Notes under the pieces: model-generated
Seen by the model: the letters and a program-made list of their open reading frames with translations, nothing else
Databases searched by the model: none
What the model was told of the DNA's origin: nothing
Assembly: GCA_964016885.1 (NCBI GenBank)
Contig: OZ024741.1
Location: 356,872,001-356,936,000 of the forward strand
DNA: 64,000 nt
DNA from: Eledone cirrhosa
Taxonomy: Eukaryota
Direction: 5' to 3'
Made by a program: the position numbers and the translations under genes
Shown: positions 22,101-37,100 of the stretch, piece by piece
Position numbering within the stretch: position 1 is the first letter of the stretch
How the letters are laid out: every line of letters begins with the position of its first letter

Positions 22101-25100
22101 CTTCACCACTGACATCAAGACCCCTACTGTTACACAGTCTTCACCACTGCCATCAAGACCCCTGCTGTTACACAGTCTTCACCACTGCCATCAAGACTCC
22201 TACTGTTACACAGTCTTCACCACTGCCATCAAGACCCCTACTGTTACACAGTCTTCACCACTACCATCAAGACTCCTACTGTTACACAGTCTTCACCACT
22301 ACCATCAAGACTCCTACTGTTACACAGTCTTCACCACTACCATCAAGACCGCTACTGTTACACAATCTTCACCACTGCCATCAAGACCCCTACTGTTACA
22401 CAGTCTTCACCACTACCATCAAGACCCCTACTGTTACACAGTCTTCACCACTACCATCAAGACCCCTACTGTTACACAGTCTTCACCACTACCATCAAGA
22501 CCCCTACTGTTACACAGTCTTCACCACTACCATCAAGACCCCTACTGTTACACAGTCTTCACCATTACCATCAAGACCCCTACTGTTACACAGTCTTCAT
22601 CATTACCATCAAGACCCCTACTGTTCCACAGTCTTCACCACTAGCATCAAGACCCCTACTGTTACACAGTCTTCACCACTACCATCAGGACCCCTACTGT
22701 TACACAGTCTTCACCACTACCATCAAGACCCCTACTGTTCCACAGTCTGCACCACTGCCATCAAGACTCCTACTGTTACACAGTCTTCACCACTACCATC
22801 AAGACCCCTACTGTTCCACAGTCTGCACCACTGCCATCAAGACTCCTACTGTTACACAGTCTTCACCACTGCCATCAAGACCCCTACTGTTACACAGTCT
22901 TCACCACTACCATCAAGACCCCTACTGTTACACAGTCTTCACCCCTACCATCAAGACCCCTACAGTTACACAGTCTTCACCATTATCATCAAGACCCCTA
23001 CTGTACAGTCTGCACCATTACCATCAAGACCCCTACTGTTACACAGTCTTCACCACTACCATCAAGACCCCTACTGTTACACAGTCTTCACCACTGCCAT
23101 CAAGACTCCTACTGTTACACAGTCTTCACCACTACCATCAAGACTCCTACTGTTACACAGTCTTCACCACTACCATCAAGACTCCTACTGTTACACAGTC
23201 TTCACCACTGCCTTCAAGACTCCTACTGTTACACAGTGTTCATCATTACCATCAGGACCCCTACTGTTACACAGTCTTCACCACTACCATCAAGACCCCT
23301 ACTGTTCCACAGTCTTCACCACTGCCATCAAGACTCCTACTGTTACACATTATTCACCATTACCATCAAGACCCCTACTGTTACACAGTCTTCACCGCTG
23401 CCATCAAGACCCCTACTGTTACACAGTCTTCACCACTACCATCAAGTCCCCTACTGTTACACAGTCTTCACCACTGCCATCAAGACTCCTGCTGTTACAC
23501 AGTCTTCACCACTGCCATCAAAACCCCTACTGTTACACAGTCTTCACCACTACCATCAAGACCCCTACTGTTACACAGTCTTCACCACTGCCATCAAGAA
23601 CCCTACTGTTACACAGTCTTCATCACTGCCATCAAGACTCCTGCTGTTACACAGTCTTCACCACTGCCATCAAAACCCCTACTGTTACACAGTCTTCACC
23701 ACTACCATCAAGACCCCTACTGTTCCACAGTCTTCACCACTGCCATCAAGACTCCTACTGTTACACATTATTCACCATTACCATCAAGACCCCTACTGTT
23801 ACACAGTCTTCACCGCTGCCATCAAGACCCCTACTGTTACACAGTCTTCACCACTACCATCAAGTCCCCTACTGTTACACAGTCTTCACCACTGCCATCA
23901 AGACTCCTGCTGTTACACAGTCTTCACCACTGCCATCAAAACCCCTACTGTTACACAGTCTTCACCACTACCATCAAGACCCCTACTGTTACAGTCTTCA
24001 CCACTACCATCAAGACCCCTACTGTTACACAGTCTTCACCACTACCATCAAGGCTCCTACTGTTAAAAACTTTTCACCACTGCCATCAAGACTCCTACTG
24101 TTACACAGTCTTCACCACTACCATCAGGACCCCTACTGTTACACAGTCTTCACCACTACCATCAGGACCCCTACTGTTACACAGTCTTCACCACTACCAT
24201 CAAGACTCCTACTGTTCGACAGTCTTCACCACTACCATCAGGACCCCTACTGTTACACAGTCTTCACCACTACCATCAAGACTCCCACTGTTCGACAGTC
24301 TTCACCACTACCATCAGGACCCCTACTGTTACATAGTCTTCACCACTACCATCAAGACTCCTACTGTTCGACAGTCTTCACCACTACCATCAGGACCCCT
24401 ACTGTTACACAGTCTTCACCACTACCATCAGGACCCCTACTGTTACACAGTCTTCACCACTACCATCAAGACCCCTACTGTTATACAGTCTTCACCACTG
24501 CCATCAAGAACCCTACTGTTCCACAGTCTTCACCACTACCATCAAGACCCCTACTGTTACAGTCTTCACCATTACCATCAAGGCTCCTACTGTTAAAAAG
24601 TCTTCACCACTACCATCAGGACCCCTACTGTTACACAGTCTTCACCACTGCCATCAAGACCCCTACTGTTACACAGTCTTCACCACTGCCATCAAGACCC
24701 CTACTGTTCCACAGTCTTCACCACTACCATCAAGACCCCTACTGTTACACAGTCTTCACCACTGCCATCAAGACCCCTACTGTTCCACAGTCTTCACCAC
24801 TACCATCAATACCCCTACTGTTACACAGTCTTCACCACTACCATCAAGACTCCTGCTGTTACACAGTCTTCACCACTACCATCAAGACCCCTACTGTTCC
24901 ACAGTCTTCACCACTACCATCAAGACTCCTACTGTTACACAGTCTTCACCACTGCCATCAAGACTCCTACTGTTACACAGTCTTCACCACTGCCATCAAG
25001 ACTCCTACTGTTACACAGTCTTCACCACTGCCATCAAGACTCCTACTGTTACACAGTCTTCACCACTGCCATCAAGACCCCTACTGTTCCACAGTCTTCA

Positions 25101-28100
25101 CCACTACCATCAAGACCCCTACTGTTACACAGTCTTCACCACTACCATCAAGACTCCTACTGTTCCACAGTCTTCACCACTACCATCAAGACCCCTACTG
25201 TTACACAGTCTTCACCACTACCATCAAGACCCCTACTGTTACACAGTCTTCACCACTGCCATCAAGACTCCTACTGTTACACAGTCTTCACCACTGCCAT
25301 CAAGACCCCTACTGTTACACAGTCTTCACCACTACCATCAAGACTCCTACTGTTACACAGTCTTCACCATTACCATCAAGACCCCTACTGTTACACAGTC
25401 TTCACCACTGCCATCAAGACCCCTACTGTTACAAAGTCTTCACCACTACCATCAAGACTCCTACTGTTACACAGTCTTCACCACTACCATCAAGACTCCT
25501 ACTGTTACACAGTCTTCACCACTACCATCAAGACCCCTACTGTTACACAGTCTTCACCACTGCCATCAAGACCCCTACTGTTACACAGTCTTCACCATTA
25601 CCATCAAGACTCCTACTGTTACACAGTCTTCACCACTACCATCAAGACCCCTACTGTTACACAGTCTTCACCACTGCCATCAAGACTCCTACTGTTACAC
25701 AGTCTTCACCACTGCCATCAAGACTCCTACTGTTACACAGTCTTCATCATTACCATCAGGACCCCTACTGTTACACAGTCTTCACCACTACCATCAAGAC
25801 CCCTACTGTTACACAGTCTTCACCACTACCATCAAGACCCCTACTGTTACACAGTCTTCACCACTACCATCAAGACCCCTACTGTTCCACAGTCTTCACC
25901 ACTGCCATCAAGACCCCTACTGTTACACAGTCTTCACCACTACCATCAAGACTCATACTGTTACACAGTCTTCACCACTGCCATCAAGACTCCTACTGTT
26001 ACACAGTCTTCATCATTACCATCAAGACCCCTACTGTTACACAGTCTTCACCGCTGCCATCATGACCCCTACTGTTACACAGTCTTCACCACTACCATCA
26101 AGACCCCTACTGTTACACAGTCTTCACCACTACCATCAAGACTCCTGCTGTTACACAGTCTCACCACTGCCATCAAAACCCCTACTGTTACACAGTCTTC
26201 ACCACTGCCATAAAGACCCCTACTGTTACACAGTCTTCACCACCGCCATCAAGACTCCTACTGTTACACAGTTTTCACCACTGCCATCAAAACCCCTACT
26301 GTTACACAGTCTTCACCACTACCATCAAGACCCCTACTGTTACACAGTCTTCACCACTGCCATCAAGACCCCTACTGTTACACAGTCTTCACCACCGCCA
26401 TCAAGACTCCTACTGTTACACAGTTTTCACCACTGCCATCAAAACCCCTAATGTTACACAGTCTTCACCACTACCATCAAGACCCCTACTGTTACACAGT
26501 CTTCACCACTACCATCAAGACCCCTACTGTTATACAGTCTTCACCACTACCATCAAGACTCCTGCTGTTACACAGTCTTCACCACTGCCATCAAGACCCC
26601 TACTGTTCCACAGTCTTCACCACTACCATCAAGACCCCTACTGTTACACAGTCTTCACCACTACCATCAAGACCCCTACTGTTACACAGTCTTCACCACT
26701 ACCATCAAGACCCCTACTGTTACACAGTCTTCACCACTGCCATCAAGACTCCTGCTGTTACACAGTCTTCACCACTGCCATCAAAACCCCTACTGTTACA
26801 CAGTCTTCACCACTGACATCAAGACCCCTACTGTTACACAGTCTTCACCACTGCCATCAAGACCCCTGCTGTTACACAGTCTTCACCACTGCCATCAAGA
26901 CTCCTACTGTTACACAGTCTTCACCACTGCCATCAAGACCCCTACTGTTACACAGTCTTCACCACTACCATCAAGACTCCTACTGTTACACAGTCTTCAC
27001 CACTACCATCAAGACCGCTACTGTTACACAATCTTCACCCCTACCATCGAGACCCCTACAGTTACACAGTCTTCACCATTACCATCAAGACCCCTACTGT
27101 TACACAGTCTTCACCACTACCATCAAGATCCCTACTGTTACACAGTCTTCACCACTACCATCAAGACCCCTACTGTTACACAGTCTTCACCACTACCATC
27201 AAGACCCCTACTGTTACACAGTCTTCACCACTACCATCAAGACCCCTACTGTTACACAGTCTTCACCATTACCATCAAGACCCCTACTGTTACACAGTCT
27301 TCATCATTACCATCAAGACCCCTACTGTTCCACAGTCTTCACCACTAGCATCAAGACCCCTACTGTTACACAGTCTTCACCACTACCATCAGGACCCCTA
27401 CTGTTACACAGTCTTCACCACTACCATCAAGACCCCTACTGTTCCACAGTCTGCACCACTGCCATCAAGACTCCTACTGTTACACAGTCTTCACCACTAC
27501 CATCAAGACCCCTACTGTTCCACAGTCTGCACCACTGCCATCAAGACTCCTACTGTTACACAGTCTTCACCACTGCCATCAAGACTCCTACTGTTACACA
27601 GTCTTCACCACTGCCATCAAGACTCCTACTGTTACACAGTCTTCACCACTGCCATCAAGACCCCTACTGTTCCACAGTCTTCACCACTACCATCAAGACC
27701 CCTACTGTTACACAGTCTTCACCACTACCATCAAGACTCCTACTGTTCCACAGTCTTCACCACTACCATCAAGACCCCTACTGTTACACAGTCTTCACCA
27801 CTACCATCAAGACCCCTACTGTTACACAGTCTTCACCACTGCCATCAAGACTCCTACTGTTACACAGTCTTCACCACTGCCATCAAGACCCCTACTGTTA
27901 CACAGTCTTCACCACTACCATCAAGACTCCTACTGTTACACAGTCTTCACCATTACCATCAAGACCCCTACTGTTACACAGTCTTCACCACTGCCATCAA
28001 GACCCCTACTGTTACAAAGTCTTCACCACTACCATCAAGACTCCTACTGTTACACAGTCTTCACCACTACCATCAAGACTCCTACTGTTACACAGTCTTC

Positions 28101-31100
28101 ACCACTACCATCAAGACCCCTACTGTTACACAGTCTTCACCACTGCCATCAAGACCCCTACTGTTACACAGTCTTCACCATTACCATCAAGACTCCTACT
28201 GTTACACAGTCTTCACCACTACCATCAAGACCCCTACTGTTACACAGTCTTCACCACTGCCATCAAGACTCCTACTGTTACACAGTCTTCACCACTGCCA
28301 TCAAGACTCCTACTGTTACACAGTCTTCATCATTACCATCAGGACCCCTACTGTTACACAGTCTTCACCACTACCATCAAGACCCCTACTGTTACACAGT
28401 CTTCACCACTACCATCAAGACCCCTACTGTTCCACAGTCTTCACCACTGCCATCAAGACCCCTACTGTTACACAGTCTTCACCACTACCATCAAGACTCA
28501 TACTGTTACACAGTCTTCACCACTGCCATCAAGACTCCTACTGTTACACAGTCTTCATCATTACCATCAAGACCCCTACTGTTACACAGTCTTCACCGCT
28601 GCCATCATGACCCCTACTGTTACACAGTCTTCACCACTACCATCAAGACCCCTACTGTTACACAGTCTTCACCACTACCATCAAGACTCCTGCTGTTACA
28701 CAGTCTCACCACTGCCATCAAAACCCCTACTGTTACACAGTCTTCACCACTGCCATAAAGACCCCTACTGTTACACAGTCTTCACCACCGCCATCAAGAC
28801 TCCTACTGTTACACAGTTTTCACCACTGCCATCAAAACCCCTACTGTTACACAGTCTTCACCACTACCATCAAGACCCCTACTGTTACACAGTCTTCACC
28901 ACTGCCATCAAGACCCCTACTGTTACACAGTCTTCACCACCGCCATCAAGACTCCTACTGTTACACAGTTTTCACCACTGCCATCAAAACCCCTAATGTT
29001 ACACAGTCTTCACCACTACCATCAAGACCCCTACTGTTACACAGTCTTCACCACTACCATCAAGACCCCTACTGTTATACAGTCTTCACCACTACCATCA
29101 AGACTCCTGCTGTTACACAGTCTTCACCACTGCCATCAAGACCCCTACTGTTCCACAGTCTTCACCACTACCATCAAGACCCCTACTGTTACACAGTCTT
29201 CACCACTACCATCAAGACCCCTACTGTTACACAGTCTTCACCACTACCATCAAGACCCCTACTGTTACACAGTCTTCACCACTGCCATCAAGACTCCTGC
29301 TGTTACACAGTCTTCACCACTGCCATCAAAACCCCTACTGTTACACAGTCTTCACCACTGACATCAAGACCCCTACTGTTACACAGTCTTCACCACTGCC
29401 ATCAAGACCCCTGCTGTTACACAGTCTTCACCACTGCCATCAAGACTCCTACTGTTACACAGTCTTCACCACTGCCATCAAGACCCCTACTGTTACACAG
29501 TCTTCACCACTACCATCAAGACTCCTACTGTTACACAGTCTTCACCACTACCATCAAGACCGCTACTGTTACACAATCTTCACCCCTACCATCGAGACCC
29601 CTACAGTTACACAGTCTTCACCATTACCATCAAGACCCCTACTGTTACACAGTCTTCACCACTACCATCAAGATCCCTACTGTTACACAGTCTTCACCAC
29701 TACCATCAAGACCCCTACTGTTACACAGTCTTCACCACTACCATCAAGACCCCTACTGTTACACAGTCTTCACCACTACCATCAAGACCCCTACTGTTAC
29801 ACAGTCTTCACCATTACCATCAAGACCCCTACTGTTACACAGTCTTCATCATTACCATCAAGACCCCTACTGTTCCACAGTCTTCACCACTAGCATCAAG
29901 ACCCCTACTGTTACACAGTCTTCACCACTACCATCAGGACCCCTACTGTTACACAGTCTTCACCACTACCATCAAGACCCCTACTGTTCCACAGTCTGCA
30001 CCACTGCCATCAAGACTCCTACTGTTACACAGTCTTCACCACTACCATCAAGACCCCTACTGTTCCACAGTCTGCACCACTGCCATCAAGACTCCTACTG
30101 TTACACAGTCTTCACCACTGCCATCAAGACCCCTACTGTTACACAGTCTTCACCACTACCATCAAGACCCCTACTGTTACACAGTCTTCACCCCTACCAT
30201 CAAGACCCCTACAGTTACACAGTCTTCACCATTACCATCAAGACCCCTACTGTACAGTCTGCACCATTACCATCAAGACCCCTACTGTTACACAGTCTTC
30301 ACCACTACCATCAAGACCCCTACTGTTACACAGTCTTCACCACTGCCATCAAGACTCCTACTGTTACACAGTCTTCACCACTACCATCAAGACTCCTACT
30401 GTTACACAGTCTTCACCACTACCATCAAGACTCCTACTGTTACACAGTCTTCACCACTGCCTTCAAGACTCCTACTGTTACACAGTCTTCACCACTACCA
30501 TCAAGACCCCTACTGTTCCACAGTCTTCACCACTGCCATCAAGACTCCTACTGTTACACATTATTCACCATTACCATCAAGACCCCTACTGTTACACAGT
30601 CTTCACCGCTGCCATCAAGACCCCTACTGTTACTCAGTCTTCACCACTACCATCAAGTCCCCTACTGTTACACAGTCTTCACCACTGCCATCAAGACTCC
30701 TGCTGTTACACAGTCTTCACCACTGCCATCAAAACCCCTACTGTTACACAGTCTTCAGCACTACCATCAAGACCCCTACTGTTACACAGTCTTCACCACT
30801 ACCATCAAGACTCCTGCTGTTACACAGTCTTCACCACTGCCATCAAGACTCCTGCTGTTACACAGTCTTCACCACTGCCATCAAGACTCCTGCTGTTACA
30901 CAGTCTTCACCACTGCCATCAAAACCCCTACTGTTACACAGTCTTCAGCACTACCATCAAGACCCCTACTGTTACACAGTCTTCACCACTGCCATCAAGA
31001 ACCCTACTGTTACACAGTCTTCATCACTGCCATCAAGACTCCTACTGTTACACAGTCTTCACCACTACCATCAAGACCCCTACTGTTACAGTCTTCACCA

Positions 31101-34100
31101 CTACCATCAAGACCCCTACTGTTACACAGTCTTCACCACTACCATCAAGGCTCCTACTGTTAAAAACTTTTCACCACTGCCATCAAGACTCCTACTGTTA
31201 CACAGTCTTCACCACTACCATCAGGACCCCTACTGTTACACAGTCTTCACCACTACCATCAGGACCCCTACTGTTACACAGTCTTCACCACTACCATCAA
31301 GACTCCTACTGTTCGACAGTCTTCACCACTACCATCAGGACCCCTACTGTTACACAGTCTTCACCACTACCATCAAGACTCCCACTGTTCGACAGTCTTC
31401 ACCACTACCATCAGGACCCCTACTGTTACATAGTCTTCACCACTACCATCAAGACTCCTACTGTTCGACAGTCTTCACCACTACCATCAGGACCCCTACT
31501 GTTACACAGTCTTCACCACTACCATCAAGACCCCTACTGTTATACAGTCTTCACCACTGCCATCAAGAACCCTACTGTTCCACAGTCTTCACCACTACCA
31601 TCAAGACCCCTACTGGTACAGTCTTCACCATTACCATCAAGGCTCCTACTGTTAAAAAGTCTTCACCACTACCATCAGGACCCCTACTGTTACACAGTCT
31701 TCACCACTGCCATCAAGACCCCTACTGTTACACAGTCTTCACCACTGCCATCAAGACCCCTACTGTTACACAGTCTTCACCACTGCCATCAAGACCCCTA
31801 CTGTTACACAGTCTTCACCACTGCCATCAAGACCCCTACTGTTACACAGTCTTCACCACTGCCATCAAGACCCCTACTGTTACACAGTCTTCACCACTGC
31901 CATCAAGACCCCTACTGTTACACAGTCTTCACCCCTACCATCAAGACCCCTACTGTTACACAGTCTTCACCCCTACCATCAAGACCCCTACTGTTACACA
32001 GTCTTCACCACTGCCATCAAGACTCCTACTGTTACACAGTCTTCACCACTACCATCAAGACTCATACTGTTACACAGTCTTCACCACTACCATCAAGACT
32101 CCTACTGTTACACTGTCTTCACCACTGCCATCAAGACTCATACTGTTACACAGTCTTCACCACTACCATCAAGACTCATACTGTTACACAGTCTTCACCA
32201 CTACCATCAAGACTCATACTGTTACACAGTCTTCACCACTGCCATCAAGACCCCTACTGTTACACAGTCTTCACCCCTACCATCAAGACCCCTACTGTTA
32301 CACAGTCTTCACCCCTACCATCAAGACCCCTACTGTTACACAGTCTTCACCACTGCCATCAAGACTCCTACTGTTACACAGTCTTCACCACTACCATCAA
32401 GACTCCTACTGTTACACAGTCTTCACCACTACCATCAAGACTCATACTGTTACACAGTCTTCACCACTACCATCAAGACTCCTACTGTTACACAGTCTTC
32501 ACCACTACCATCAAGACTCCTACTGTTACACAGTCTTCACCACTACCATCAAGACTCCTACTGTTACACAGTCTTCACCACTACCATCAAGTCCCCTACT
32601 GTTACACAGTCTTCACCACTACCATCAAGACCCCTACTGTTACACAGTCTTCACCTCTACCATCAAGAGTCCTACTGTTACACAGTCTTCACCACTACCA
32701 TCAAGTCCCCTACTGTTACACAGTCTTCACCACTACCATCAAGACTCATACTGTTACACAGTCTTCACCCCTACCATCAACACTCCTACTGTTCCACAGT
32801 CTTCACCACTACCATCAAGACTCCTACTGTTACACAGTCTTCACCACTACCATCAAGACTCCTACTGTTACACAGTCTTCACCACTACCATCAAGACTCA
32901 TACTGTTACACAGTCTTCACCCCTACCATCAACACTCCTACTGTTACACAGTCTTCACCACTACCATCAAGACTCCTACTGTTACCCAGTCTTCACCACT
33001 ACCGTCAAGACCCCTACTGTTACACAGTCTTCACCATTACCATCAGGACCCCTACTGTTACACAGTCTTCACCACTACCATCAAGACTCCTACTGTTACA
33101 CAGTCTTCACCACTACCATCAAGACCCCTACTGTTACACAGTCTTCACCACTACCATCAAGACCCATACTGTTACACAGTCTTCACCACTACCGTCAAGA
33201 GCCCTACTGTTACACAGTCTTCACCACTGCCATCAAGACTCCTACTGTTACACAGTCTTCACCACTACCATCAAGACCCCTACTGTTACACAGTCTTCAC
33301 CACTACCATCAAGACCCATACTGTTACACAGACTTCACCACTACCGTCAAGACCCCTACTGTTACACAGTCTTCACCACTACCATCAAGACTCCTACTGT
33401 TCCACAGTCTTCACCACTGCCATCAAGACTCCTACTGTTACACAGTCTTCACCACTACCATCAAGACTCCTACTGTTACACAGTCTTCACCACTACCGTC
33501 AAGACCCCTACTGTTACACAGTCTTCACCACTGCCATCAAGACTCCTACTGTTACACAGTCTTCACCACTACCATCAAGACCCCTACTGTTACACAGTCT
33601 TCACCACTACCATCAGGACCCCTACTGTTACACAGTTTTCACCACTACTATCAAGACCCCTACTGTTACACAGTCTTCACCACTACCATCAGGACCCCTA
33701 CTGTTACACAGTCTTCACCACTACCATCAAGACCCCTACTGTTCCACAGTCTTCACCACTACCATCAAGACCCCTACTGTTACACAGTCTTCACCACTAC
33801 CATCAAGACTCCTACTGTTACACAGTCTTCACCATTACCATCAAGATCCCTACTGTTACACAGTCTTCACCACTACCATCAAGACCCCTACTGTTACACA
33901 GTCTTCACTACTACCATCAAGGCTCCTACTGTTACGCAGTCTTCACCACTACCATCAAGACCCCTACTGTTCCACAGTCTTCACCACTACCATCAAGACT
34001 CCTACTGTTACACAGTCTTCACCATTACCATCAAGACTCCTACTGTTCCACAGTCTTCACCACTACCATCAAGACCCCTACTGTTCCACAGTCTTCACCA

Positions 34101-37100
34101 CTACCATCAAGACTCCTGCTGTTACACAGTCTTCACCACTACCATCATAACCCCTACTGTTACACAGTCTTCACCACTACCGTCAAGACCCCTACTGTTA
34201 CACAGTCTTCACCACTGCCATCAAGACTCCTACTGTTACACAGTCTTCACCATTACCATCAAGACTCCTACTGTTACACAGTCTTCACCACTACCATCAA
34301 GACTCCTACTGTTACACAGTCTTCACCACTACCATCAAGACTCCTACTGTTACACAGTCTTCACCACTGCCATCAAGACCCCTACTGTTACACAGTCTTC
34401 ACCACTGCCATCAAGACCCCTACTGTTACACAGTCTTCACCACTACCATCAAGACTCCTACTGTTAAACAGTCTTCACCATTACCATCAAGACCCCTACT
34501 GTTACACAGTCTTCACCACTGCCATCAAGACCCCTACTGTTACAAAGTCTTCACCACTACCATCAAGACTCCTACTGTTACACAGTCTTCACCACTACCA
34601 TCAAGACTCCTACTGTTACACAGTCTTCACCACTACCATCAAGACCCCTACTGTTACACAGTCTTCACCACTGCCATCAAGACCCCTACTGTTACACAGT
34701 CTTCACCATTACCATCAAGACTCCTACTGTTACACAGTCTTCACCACTACCATCAAGACCCCTACTGTTACACAGTCTTCACCACTGCCATCAAGACTCC
34801 TACTGTTACACAGTCTTCACCACTGCCATCAAGACTCCTACTGTTACACAGTCTTCATCATTACCATCAGGACCCCTACTGTTACACAGTCTTCACCACT
34901 ACCATCAAGACCCCTACTGTTACACAGTCTTCACCACTACCATCAAGACCCCTACTGTTCCACAGTCTTCACCACTGCCATCAAGACCCCTACTGTTACA
35001 CAGTCTTCACCACTACCATCAAGACTCATACTGTTACACAGTCTTCACCACTGCCATCAAGACTCCTACTGTTACACAGTCTTCATCATTACCATCAAGA
35101 CCCCTACTGTTACACAGTCTTCACCGCTGCCATCATGACCCCTACTGTTACACAGTCTTCACCACTACCATCAAGACCCCTACTGTTACACAGTCTTCAC
35201 CACTACCATCAAGACTCCTGCTGTTACACAGTCTCACCACTGCCATCAAAACCCCTACTGTTACACAGTCTTCACCACTGCCATAAAGACCCCTACTGTT
35301 ACACAGTCTTCACCACCGCCATCAAGACTCCTACTGTTACACAGTTTTCACCACTGCCATCAAAACCCCTACTGTTACACAGTCTTCACCACTACCATCA
35401 AGACCCCTACTGTTACACAGTCTTCACCACTGCCATCAAGACCCCTACTGTTACACAGTCTTCACCACCGCCATCAAGACTCCTACTGTTACACAGTTTT
35501 CACCACTGCCATCAAAACCCCTAATGTTACACAGTCTTCACCACTACCATCAAGACCCCTACTGTTACACAGTCTTCACCACTACCATCAAGACCCCTAC
35601 TGTTATACAGTCTTCACCACTACCATCAAGACTCCTGCTGTTACACAGTCTTCACCACTGCCATCAAGACCCCTACTGTTCCACAGTCTTCACCACTACC
35701 ATCAAGACCCCTACTGTTACACAGTCTTCACCACTACCATCAAGACCCCTACTGTTACACAGTCTTCACCACTACCATCAAGACCCCTACTGTTACACAG
35801 TCTTCACCACTGCCATCAAGACTCCTGCTGTTACACAGTCTTCACCACTGCCATCAAAACCCCTACTGTTACACAGTCTTCACCACTGACATCAAGACCC
35901 CTACTGTTACACAGTCTTCACCACTGCCATCAAGACCCCTGCTGTTACACAGTCTTCACCACTGCCATCAAGACTCCTACTGTTACACAGTCTTCACCAC
36001 TGCCATCAAGACCCCTACTGTTACACAGTCTTCACCACTACCATCAAGACTCCTACTGTTACACAGTCTTCACCACTACCATCAAGACCGCTACTGTTAC
36101 ACAATCTTCACCCCTACCATCGAGACCCCTACAGTTACACAGTCTTCACCATTACCATCAAGACCCCTACTGTTACACAGTCTTCACCACTACCATCAAG
36201 ATCCCTACTGTTACACAGTCTTCACCACTACCATCAAGACCCCTACTGTTACACAGTCTTCACCACTACCATCAAGACCCCTACTGTTACACAGTCTTCA
36301 CCACTACCATCAAGACCCCTACTGTTACACAGTCTTCACCATTACCATCAAGACCCCTACTGTTACACAGTCTTCATCATTACCATCAAGACCCCTACTG
36401 TTCCACAGTCTTCACCACTAGCATCAAGACCCCTACTGTTACACAGTCTTCACCACTACCATCAGGACCCCTACTGTTACACAGTCTTCACCACTACCAT
36501 CAAGACCCCTACTGTTCCACAGTCTGCACCACTGCCATCAAGACTCCTACTGTTACACAGTCTTCACCACTACCATCAAGACCCCTACTGTTCCACAGTC
36601 TGCACCACTGCCATCAAGACTCCTACTGTTACACAGTCTTCACCACTGCCATCAAGACCCCTACTGTTACACAGTCTTCACCACTACCATCAAGACCCCT
36701 ACTGTTACACAGTCTTCACCCCTACCATCAAGACCCCTACAGTTACACAGTCTTCACCATTACCATCAAGACCCCTACTGTACAGTCTGCACCATTACCA
36801 TCAAGACCCCTACTGTTACACAGTCTTCACCACTACCATCAAGACCCCTACTGTTACACAGTCTTCACCACTGCCATCAAGACTCCTACTGTTACACAGT
36901 CTTCACCACTACCATCAAGACTCCTACTGTTACACAGTCTTCACCACTACCATCAAGACTCCTACTGTTACACAGTCTTCACCACTGCCTTCAAGACTCC
37001 TACTGTTACACAGTCTTCATCATTACCATCAGGACCCCTACTGTTACACAGTCTTCACCACTACCATCAAGACCCCTACTGTTCCACAGTCTTCACCACT

